64,000 bases of DNA. It comes from Mytilus californianus (lineage: Eukaryota). The notes under the pieces were generated by a model that was given only the letters and a program-made list of their open reading frames with translations, was not told the origin of the DNA and did not search any database. This document shows positions 25,001 to 34,916 of this stretch, one piece after another; position 1 is the first letter of the stretch, and the number at the start of each line of letters is the position of its first letter. The stretch lies in assembly GCF_021869535.1 (NCBI RefSeq), contig NW_026262582.1:71858001-71922000 (forward strand), read 5' to 3'. The position numbers and the translations under genes were made by a program.

Positions 25001-28000
25001 TGTTCTGGGAGAACTTTTTTCAAAGATAATTTCTATATAATCTGTTCCATCTCTATGAAATAACCTGGTGAAATAAGTTCTGGGTTTGTGAGATTTGTTC
25101 CTCACCTGACGTAATAAGTTCTGAGTTTGTGAGATTTGTTCCTTACCTGGTGAAATAAGTTCCTTGTTTGTGAAATATGTTCAACTGGTTATGCAAGTTA
25201 TCTTATATACTGAGCATGTGTCATCAGTGAGTTAAAATTTATTATTCAAGTACATTAAAAAAACATGTATTATACTGATAATGTAATAAATAAAAAGTGT
25301 AAACATCCAATTTGGATCCTGTGGAGTATGGAAAATGTTTAATTACATACTCCATAAAAAAAATATACCAAAATAACATTTATGAGCTAGATAAAGGTAG
25401 AATAAAAAAGCACTTTGAACTTTTTGAACACGTTATAGTTAAAGTCATGTGAAACTTAAAATTAAAAAAAAGGATGCATATAGTTTTGTTCAACCTAAAT
25501 GGCTATTTTGTATTATAAAACTTATGTAAATATACTTTTTTTCTGAAGAAAATTGTCCAAATTTAAAAGGTATATACTTTTTATTTAATTGTTTGCTTCA
25601 GATCACTTTAAAGATAATCATTTGTGCTATTTTGAAAAGGACAAAGTGACCAATCAATTATATTAAAAGACATGTAGAAACAAAAGACAAACTCTTTTGA
25701 AAATGTCCATTATCTTAGTACATGTATGACCAAAACACCCATGACAGTTAACAGGAAACAAAACGGAATACCACATAAAACACAAACAAAACAAGTAAGA
25801 AACATTATCATCTCTTGCATTTCTTATCTTTATCATAGAGTTACAGTCATTCCTTCAATATCAAATGTGCCCCGAGCAAGCACAAAACAGCATCCAGCTT
25901 GCATTTTAATTCAAGTGTAACTAGAAAATGTTTTGTTTTGCAATATGGTGCAAAGGTAATTATTTTCTGTGAAATAGAGTTCCAGCTAAACTTCTATTAA
26001 TTTCTATCAAATATATTCGTTCAGAACTTACATTACATAAACTTATTGTACAAGACTTTAAATATTGGAACAAAATTAATGGAGCTATGATTTTTTTTTA
26101 ATGAACTTATTTGACATTTGGTGAAAAAATTAGTTCATGAACAAATTTAACAGTGCTGAAGCATATTTCTTATGGAACATTATAATCTTAATCACTATAA
26201 ACACTAACAAATTGTCAACACAATAAAATTGCATACAACCAAAGGAAATACGAAAAATGAAATACAAGAATACAAAAAATGATAATTGCACAATAACACA
26301 ATGGCGGGATATATAAGTACCTAGCCACGGCAAAGGACATTTCCAAAAACGGATCAAACAGTAAAAGTAAATAATTTTTACAAAGAAAAATACAAGTACA
26401 ATATAAGACATAATTAAGATGATAAACAACGTCAGTACCCTGAATCTATACATCAAGACCATCATGTATTATTTCTTAATTTGATATTAAAAATTTAGAA
26501 ACAAGGTCTTGTTATCTTCAGCTTTTTTTTTAGAAAAAAGACGAGAAATCTTTTGACATAACCCTGGTTCCTTAACTTTCTGCTCAGACACTGGTAACGT
26601 TTTATAAAGTCTGAGTAGCAGCTGCAACTTATTGAATACCGAATAAGTTGGGAAATTCATATGCCATATGCAGATGATGGTTGTTCATTGCTACTTAGGT
26701 CGAGGACATTGATTTTCAATGGAAAGAACATTATTAACATATCTGATAACAAAAACGGTACCAATTTTTCTGCTACAGATGCGCACTTCGACAATCAATG
26801 CTTGAGGTTGACAGTTTTGAAAATACAAAGCTTTTTGAAAATATGAAGAGCTTTAAACCAAAGAACAAAAAAAAAAGAACCAAAACGTATAGTCAAAGCT
26901 TGGCCATGAAACAGAGCTTTGCATGAAGGAGATATATTCCGTAATTTTTAAAAACATTCAAAATTATGTAACAGCATATTTTGATAACACATAATATTCA
27001 TGCAAGTACCAAATTAGAATGTGAAATCAAATGAATACCAATAAAACAAAATAAACACTTTGTCATTCATTTCTTGAATTTGAATATGAAAAACAATTAA
27101 AAAGTTAAGATTCTTTTATAGGTCTAAACATAATACAATGACCTTTCGCAGATCAATAGCAGAGGAAATCATACATTTTGTAATTGAAAAATACATAGAA
27201 ACATTTTTTGGCAGATTATAGACTGTTTAGAATGTCATCAGACAATATCAATTTAAATAAAGATTTCCTCGAATGTATAGACACAAAGTAAACAAAACAA
27301 ACAAAAATAATGTTATAAAGACAGTGTCGACAAATAACAGGACAATACTCCGTTTAATAACACGAACAAAGCTAAAACAAAATTTATACAAAATAACAAG
27401 AAATTTACTCATTTTAAAATCTTATATCTTTGAAATACAAGTTGAATTCTTAGCATAATGTTTTTGAAAACCAATACATACCTTGGTGAAACTATCGCTA
27501 TGTGTGGCAGCAAACACAATTCTCGGCATTTTATCGTCACTTTTGTTAGAATAAGTCAATACTGAATTAATCCAATGTTCCAGAATCGCTGCAAAATTAT
27601 TGAATTATTTCAAGTTTGTAAATTAATTAAAGCGCGAGTAATAAACCGACTTTCAAATCTCCATAATCTCATAGAATGTCACACATCAAGGAAACAACAT
27701 CAGGAGAGCCGTAGATTAGCATCGGACTACGATCACAAAGTTCCTGGTTCGATCCCCGCTGGTTCCTGGTTCGATCGGTAGAAATTTTCAGGGACTGAAT
27801 TTTCGGCTCTCCCTTGAAACCATCTGCGAGTATGGTCTTGAGTAACGATGATAATCAGTCGGAAGGGGACGATAAATGGCTGACATTGCACTAAGAGAGT
27901 GCCATATCTCTGCACGTAAAAGACACCCTTGTAGATTTCGAAAAAAAAGCAGGCTAATGTCGCTACAAGACAGCGCTCTAACCCGCAAAGTTGAAAGGGA

Positions 28001-31000
28001 TAGATATAAGTTGCAAAATCTTATTTTCCATTCCACTATAGATAAATATGTTTAAACTAAGGAAACAAACAAAAATTTAGGGAGTCAGACTGGCTATGTG
28101 TACAACGTAAGCGTCATCATAATTAACACTTTGATAAAATGTCATAATAGAGACTTGAAATTAATCGGTAAAATTACACATTGGACTACTATACTGGTAT
28201 CCAAAGATCTGGCAGCTAATTAAAAACACCAGATTTATAGTTTTGTCGCCAGGCACATGTTTTGTTTACACTTAACACATCACTGACACTTGAAGCGAAA
28301 TAGTTCTCAGACCACAAAAACATGTCAGTAGCACGTTACTTCCCAAATACGTTGTATATATCGACCAATTCGAGATAATGATTTAAAAAACTTTGTAGTG
28401 TTTATTTCCGACGATCTTTTCAATAGTCATGTAAATACGATGGAAACGTGTTCGCGTTAGGTGCACCTTGTTGTTTTTAGAGTCCGTAAAGTGCAAAAAA
28501 CTTCTAAATAACTTTTGTAACAAAAAATAATATAATATATGAAAATAGTGGAATTAAATTTTTGAGAGTGAAAACAATTCTTCGTAAGTGATTGATGAAT
28601 TACATGATTTTGATGGGCCTTTTGATTTTGTTGACAGTTTTGATAGTTTTGACTTTTCATTTCTTTACACTAAACTTCACACAATCATAAAAAGGTTTTC
28701 CAATTTAATTAAAGGGTCATTGGTATATTTGAATGCAAATATAACTGCTGCATTTAAAGCCTTCTTCTCTAATGACAAAGGTAAATATGCTAGAGGCCCA
28801 CCTCCCGTTCTGGAATTTTCTCGCTGCATTGAAGACACATTGATGACCTTCGGCTATTATAAGCTCTTTCCCTATTGTTAGTTTTCTATTTTTGGACGGA
28901 GATATTTCTTTTTACCACCAAATGGTGTTTATCTTTCACAACTCTTTCGCTATGCTCGTGTCTGTTGTAATGTTTTGGATTTCAACGTATTTTATATATT
29001 ACTGACTGTTGAATTATTAAGTCAGGGATTTCATTACCACAAACGTCTAAATTCAGAAGCCTGTATTCAGTGGTTATCGTTTGTTACTGTGTAGTATATT
29101 TGTTTTTAGTTCATTATTTTGCAAGTAAATTATGCCGTTAGTTTTATGCTTTTAATTATTTTACATTTGTCATTCTGGGGTATTTTATAGCTGACTCTGT
29201 ATGCGGTTTTGGTGTTGCTCATTGTTTAAGGCCGTACAGTGACTTTTAGTTGTTAATTTCGGTGTCATTTTGGTCTCTTGTGGCGAGTTGCCTCAGTGAC
29301 AATCATACCACATTTTCTTATTTTTATATAAAGCATAAACAACATTAGTGATAATGATATAAATGCAAAATTATGAGAATGTTATTGATGATTTTGGAGT
29401 AGATCATTCGATTTTTTTTTCAGAATCCGCATCTGATTCACATCACTTTTGTATATACCTTTTCACGATGATTGTGAATGCCATATTTTACCGTACAAAT
29501 AATTGTTAGAATGCCTTTAAAATGATGTGGACGATCTTGACAACTCAGCAATATATCATTCTTGTGAAGTTTTGGTAACCGATATTCAGATGTAGCTTAA
29601 GTCCCATCAAACCACTTATAGACACGATTAGAACTGCATCTAGTGTATATGTTGGATGAGAGTTTATTGCGACAAAGGTTTTACACAATTGTAATTGTTG
29701 ATATTATCGCATCTGTGAATTGATAAAATACCTAGAGCATCAGTTTGTCGATGCATACGTAGCTTCGGATAAATTTCGAAACAAGACATCATAGTTTTAT
29801 TAGCGATATGGTGTACTCAATACGGGAACTTCTGTAGAATTATAAATTTTCTTTAAAAAAAAACGCAATAAGAATGCATATGGTTCGCCTTCTGTGGATT
29901 CCTTTATTTTCAAGGGTATCAATTTTCAAGGATTGAAGCAAAAATGCATTTTTGAGGATACTTGGTTCCGTGGTTTTGCCAATCTTAGCATACAACGCCT
30001 ATAGAAAATGTGTAATTCGTTGAACATTTAAATTTGAGGTTCCCCATTACCAATGAATTCCACAAAAAGTGGTATCCAACGTATAATAATGAGTTCACAG
30101 TATATGGTTATTCATTCTTTCGTTAAGTTTTCGTCGTTTATCATGAGTGACTACCAAAGCGTACACTGAAGATTTCCGTATGTTTGAAAAATTCGTTTTA
30201 AGGATTAACATTCCGTAAAGAATTTGATTTGAAATTGTGTTGTCCGTTAAGCATGTAACACACCACTTATGTACTCCGCCTGGTGTTTTGGAAAGTTTAT
30301 GTATAGTACCAAGTATTAACTTGATGATTTTAAAGCACATATAAGACACTGTGTCTAAGGAAACAACCTCTTCCAGAAAAGATAACGTGTTTACGTGGAT
30401 TAGCATGATTTCGTATTCCTTTGAATGACACGAACCTATGTTACTATATATTTGTATTTAAGTTTCAATTCAAAAAGATATTACTTCTTTTAAGTTTAAT
30501 GCACTCACATAATTTGAGCTTAATCATACACCATTTGAAAGCATATCCTCTGTACTTTCTTATTAGCCCGATCGTCAAATATTCAAACGGTGCAATTTCT
30601 ATCAAATCGAAACGAAAGATCAAGGACGAACATTTTCTTCTTTTACAAGTCGTCAGCATTTTTGCATACTTTGTCTTCTAAATATTAAAACCATGTGTGG
30701 GACAATGACACACTTTTAGAACAAAGACTTCAATTATTTAACTCATTTTGAAGTTTTCCTAGATATTCTAGTGAAAATTATAGAATTGAGTGAAAACCTA
30801 CAAATTTGACTGTGATTCAATTGTTAATCACAAAAAAACAACCAAATAACATATTTCATTTAGTACTAAGGACCAATTTACTGCAATCACCCTTGTTACT
30901 AATTGTCAAGCCAATCATAACAACCCATACAGTTACACAAAATTACGCCATCTGCAAAAGAATAGTATTTTAGCTGTTATACTTTAAAAATTGTATGCAA

Positions 31001-34000
31001 TCAGTATAAGGTTGGAAAAAACAGCTTTAGAAAAGCCACAAGAATAATACACTCGGGATTTATGTTTTGAAAGGGAATTTGGTGAGCCAAACATAGAAAT
31101 ATGTAGTTTGATAACAAGCCTGTTGAAAAATCCTCTGTGTTATCTTGTTTTTTTTTGTTATTAAGAAACAAAGGACTTTATATATAAATACTTTGCTGAC
31201 CCCCAAAAAGCTACATACATAATTATACAAATATATAGTTAGTCAGTTAATTAATAATCAGTCGTATTTCAAAATTAAAAAAAAAATGTTTTCCTTGTTG
31301 CTTAAACTGCATCGTGAATTTCCGAAGAAAAAAATCTATAATAATATTCTAAACACTGAAATGATCGGAGTAAGAAACCCTATAATACTCCTTATCCTCA
31401 ATAGTCATTCGACTTTTAGTGAAAGACTTCTATGTCACAACTAACATACGGCTTTATTATATATAATTCGAAAGCTGATTATGTGTCCTTTCTGTTTGGA
31501 CGGTCGTATATCTTTCGAACGGTGCAACTTTTGTCAAATCAAAGTTAAAGGTCAGGAATGAAAATGCCTGATTTTCGAAAAAATGAAAGCGGGGAGGTAA
31601 TATTGCAAATGAGACAACTATCAACCAAATTTCAAATCTAGCGGATGTAAATAATTACAGGCAACCGTAAGGCCTTCACGCACGAGGAAACCGATATCAA
31701 ATAGACGGCTATAAAAAGCACCGACATGAAAAAGATGAAAAGGTCAATAAAGAAAAATAACGACTTAATATATAACAAAACAATTAACGAAAAACAAATA
31801 TGACAGACTGAACCGACGACAAACACTGAACTACAGGCTCCGGACTTGGGACAGGAACTTATAGAATGTGGTTTGAGTTTATAACGATTTTATTTGCTCA
31901 TAGATACAAAAAGGATCGGACACAAGTTTAACCAACTTATGAAGTCTTCTCCTTTACATAATATTACAATAACAATTATACAGAGCATGCACAGTTCAGT
32001 ATATATATATTAAAGGTAATAGTAAAATGAGGCATTTGCACAGTCAGAGAAGAAAAAGAAAGAAAGAAAAAAAAAAAAAGCCTAACGCAATTAACAAGGA
32101 AAAGGATAGAGAATTGAGAAAAAGAAAAGAAAAGAAAAAATATAAAGAAAAGAAAAAATATTAAATAATACAAATATAAAGAATAAAAATAAATGAAATT
32201 CTGTGGACACGATGTTTTTTGTTCAGTCATATCTTATTTGATTATACTACAAGGAATCTTTTTGATTTTTTTATATATCTAAAGACTTCTTTAAAGATTT
32301 CACAGTTTTCCTCGTATGTTAAAGTTTGGCTAGAATGTGGTTTAACATGATTGTGAGCGTTCAACTCTCCCTTTAATCTTGGAAAGTGGTGTAACTGCAC
32401 AACATAAGACAAAAGTTAATACATGAGTAAAAAAGGCTTAACTCATCAGATCGATACATACCTGTAAGAACAACAAATATAAACACAGACTGGACGTGGT
32501 TGGGTGTTTATCCATCCTCATCCCTTACAACAAAAAGGACACAAAGTACAGATCTGAGACAACTCGCAGTTTCTGACTACTACTTAACAGGCAAAAACTT
32601 ACATAAAAAAAATCATGAATCTAAGGTAAATTATATCAATCAATCATAAAATAGAGATTGGAAATGGGGAATGTGTCAGAGAGACAAACAAACAGCCGAA
32701 GGCCACCAATGGGTCTTCAACACAGCGATAAAATCCCGCTTCCGAAAGTGATTTAGTTAAGCGAAAATGGACGTCACACTTAACTGGAAGACATATAAAT
32801 GAACTAAAATTAGAAAAATATAGAAGACTAGCAAAGGCATCTGTCTCCTGACGTGGCACAGGCGCAAACAGGTGGCGGGGTTTACACATCCAGCATCTAA
32901 TGAATTAAATGTGAAGACGCCCATAACAAACAGAGAATAACATGACCTTGTGCAATGCAAATGAATGAAGGATCGACAGATTGTAGAACTATGAACGTGC
33001 ATATGTGTGAGAAAAAAAATGTATGATTTTATTAAATGATAAAAAAAATATTTATACCAACAAAAGCAATCTTAAGAGATCTCTTTTGGCATTGCACAAG
33101 ATCTTATTACAGTGTTGAATTGGTAACCTGTTACACTAATGTTATAATAATATATAGATATAAGAAGATGTGTTATGAGTACGGTCTTCAACACATAGCT
33201 TGGCTCAGACCTAACAGCAAGCTTTAAAGGACCCGACAAATTGCTTGTGTAAAACCATTCAAACGGGAAAACCAACGGTCTTATCCATATAAAAAAAAGA
33301 GAAACGAGAAACACTTATGAACCACATCAACAAACGACAACTACTGAACATCAGATTCCTGACTTAGGACAGGTGCAACCAATTATATATTGTCTAAAAT
33401 AAAACCGGCGCCAATAATGACTTCGAATCTTGGCGCATTTGTTATGTCGTAAGTTGTTATTATAAGCTAAAGGATATAACAGACGTCTGTGCTTTGGAAA
33501 TACAATTGAACATGTGAAGGTGATATGTACTTATTATGCAAATTTGAGCGAAATGAACAAGTTTAAAGTATGAACCATACTAGTTCATTTTTATAGCAAT
33601 ATATATGTATTGATATACTTCATAATAGTAATTGAAAAAAAATATGTTTATCTTAATGAAAAATGTAAATAACTTACATGCTGCTGTAACGTCTCCTTGT
33701 GGATATTCTTCCAGTTCTGTATAAAGGCCTTTACGTCCATCAAAAAACAGAATGAACGTTCCCCTGTGCTGGATGAATAACTGGTGTGTCATATCAAATG
33801 ATCTTTGTCCTCCAAAATCGACTAAATCTGACGGTGCTATGTCCATCATGTAAGACTTCTTCTTGATTTTTTCTAATATGTCATCTTGAATAGATTTTGC
33901 AGTATAAACTGATTGTTTTTGAAAGTCTTGCATTTTGTTAAGATCAGGTTTTGGTGGCACTTTTTGGCGTCCAACAGTAAAGGTCTGTCTAGATGTTGGA

Positions 34001-34916
34001 ATCTGTTTTCTGTCCTGTTGTTTGTGATGCACTGGATCAATCTTTGGTGATTTTGTAAATGCTTGCTCAGTCTGGCTCATCTTTTGTAATGGAATAGTAT
34101 CGACTTTCGTATTATCTTCATTGTCAGTCAGATGCATCTGGTAAACATCAGACAGCCCATGTTGTTCATTCATTTCAGGATTTCCAAGTAGCAGTTTCGT
34201 TAAAACATCACCACTACCTGATTATTTTACAAACACTCAAATTAGTACAATACAGCTCATTATCCATTCATTTATCGATGAACTAGACGTACTTTGTTTG
34301 TTTGCAATGTTGCAAAAATACGATTATAACATTGAAGCGTTTTTAATCTAAAAATGGTATCATGTGTGTTTATACAAATGTTTGTGTGAGCAATCATTTC
34401 GCATAAAGCGATTTGAATTCAATTAAATAAAATAGATAAAGATAAGAAATACTAATAGTCTAGTAAAGTTTCCGATTCATTCAAGTTATGTTTAGCTTTA
34501 AACACATGTGTAAATATTGATATCGTATATACTATTTGACGAGTCACCATAAAAGAAACAAGAGTTCTTAGTCTTGCTGATGGAAACACTTTCTAAATGA
34601 TATATCCTAAAAACGGTGTTAATCGAAAAAAAAAAAAAAAACACCAGATAATTGATTTGTACTTACCTTTTTTCAGTGGAATCATTTTTCTATGTTTCAA
34701 ATCGATTCCGTTTCTACCAAAATGAATTATTAGCCCATCAGTTGAAATCCAGATCTTTTGAATTTTTTCACCAATTAAAATACTTGCTAAAGAAGATTTT
34801 CCTATGTTACAAGGTCCAGCCAAATACACCCTGTTTTCATAGGAAGCAAATGTTCCGAGAGAAACTAGATCCTGGAAATCATTTGTATTTAGGTGGCTTA
34901 GTTGTGTCAGTATGTT
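18714..34916 (-). CDS. ROCO-family gene (ROC GTPase + COR + two death-fold domains), 8 coding exons reconstructed; 5' end open
   Basis: Exons 34667-34916, 33678-34217, 27482-27588, 23218-24453, 21508-21538, 20188-20471, 19279-19306 and 18714-19027 all have AG/GT boundaries and phases that match in series (0-1-1-0-0-1-0-1). They sum to 2790 nt with a single terminal stop. ROC motifs: GPCNIGKS (G1), STDG (G2), DFGGQ (G3), ATHSD (G4). Resembles bivalve ROCO proteins rather than a true LRRK2 orthologue (no kinase or LRR seen). Confidence 0.9.
19279..19306 (-). CDS. ROCO linker micro-exon VHREDHGLA
   Basis: gatattacag|GTACACAGAGAAGACCATGGTTTGGCTG|gtatgt; 28 nt, phase 0 to 1 as required. Confidence 0.78.
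20188..20471 (-). CDS. ROCO exon: death-fold domain 1
   Basis: cttcaag|GT CTT AGA; GLRHETLLLKPNDQHFVQLAKIIGIGDYYNFFIQLGMSKSDY...LFDWRD...TFEKLLKALTAIEKPHYLCQ|gtacca. Death-domain pattern (P.D..L..LA..IG....L...LG...W...T...L..AL); 284 nt. Confidence 0.85.
21508..21538 (-). CDS. ROCO linker micro-exon NKEHCEQGCK(G)
   Basis: ctatttgtag|AATAAAGAGCATTGCGAACAAGGCTGTAAAG|gtaatg; 31 nt. Supplies exactly the phase 0 to 1 transition required. Confidence 0.8.
23218..24453 (-). CDS. ROCO exon: end of ROC (G5 region) + COR domain
   Basis: ttgacag|GAT GAG ATA; 412 open codons including WGQRMPIIWVPL, GKLLYF, FIVVQP and LFLVPC motifs typical of COR; donor GAT AAG|gttagt; phase 0 to 0. Confidence 0.93.
25063..25183. 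repeat. Three 41-bp tandem units
   Basis: ACCTG...AATAAGTTC...TTTGTGA units start at 25063, 25104 and 25145. Confidence 0.85.
26590..27020 (-). mobile_element. Degenerate retrozyme-like repeat (second family)
   Basis: The minus strand carries ATTGATTGTCGAAGTGCGCATCTG (~26737-26760), homologous to the 8102 HHR but without the CTGATGA core. Extent approximate. Confidence 0.45.
27482..27588 (-). CDS. ROCO exon: ROC G4 region (not in ORF track)
   Basis: ttttgcag|CG ATT CTG...; (S)ILEHWINSVLTYSNKSDDKMPRIVFAATHSDSFTK|gtatgt; 107 nt, phase 1 to 0. Confidence 0.9.
27703..28060 (+). mobile_element. tRNA-derived SINE (tRNA-Arg-like head, V-domain-like centre)
   Basis: The head has a B-box GGTTCGATCCC (27746-27756), locally duplicated, and CGGACTACG resembling a tRNA-Arg(ACG) anticodon arm. 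Internal CTGCACGTAAAAGACACCC is V-domain-like. Tail TTTAAACTAA. Confidence 0.7.
28230..28360 (-). mobile_element. Degenerate retrozyme/HHR relic
   Basis: Minus strand TTCAAGTGTCAGTGATGTGTTAAGTGTAAACAAAACATGTGCCTGGCGACAAAACTATAAATCTGG aligns by eye with the 6460-6540 HHR junction, with a mutated core. Confidence 0.45.
28590..28790 (+). mobile_element. Penelope-like RT fragment
   Basis: FVDSFDSFDFSFLYTKL...KRFSNLIK...FKAFFSNDKGKY, the SFDFSTLYT motif of PLE RTs. Confidence 0.65.
29380..29800 (-). mobile_element. Penelope-like RT N-terminal fragment
   Basis: Minus strand LPKLHK...YIA...KVYTKSDVNQMRILKK, resembling YWIPKLHK...VYSRSGVNQMWILKNS; degenerate. Confidence 0.6.
29892..30100. mobile_element. 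Related Tc1/mariner-type MITE
   Basis: CTGTGGATTCCTTTATTTTCAAGGGTATCAATTTTC...ATAATGAGTTCACAG|TA. Confidence 0.65.
32645..32890 (+). repeat. Retro-tail family B (same as the tail of the 47265-48790 PLE)
   Basis: TAAAATAGAGATTGGAAATGGGGAATGTGTCAGAGAGACAA...GAAGGCCACCAATGGGTCTTCAA matches 47265-47360; other copies at ~8270-8420 and ~28800-28900. Confidence 0.75.
33678..34217 (-). CDS. ROCO exon: ROC insertion + G3 (DFGGQ)
   Basis: Acceptor aatcag|GT AGT GGT; ends ...PSDLVDFGGQRSFDMTHQLFIQHRGTFILFFDG...DVTAA T|gtaagt; 540 nt, phase 1 to 1. Confidence 0.9.
34667..34916 (-). CDS. ROCO exon: start of ROC domain (P-loop, G2)
   Basis: Acceptor ...aaatatcag|AAC ATA CTG; NILTQLSHLNTNDFQDLVSLGTFASYENRVYLAGPCNIGKSSLASILIGEKIQKIWISTDG...LKK; donor G|gtaagt; 250 nt, phase 0 to 1. 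Confidence 0.88.

Noticed and set aside
27703-27775. Possible tRNA gene
   Set aside because: No full cloverleaf or acceptor stem, the B-box is duplicated, and it continues into a SINE body.
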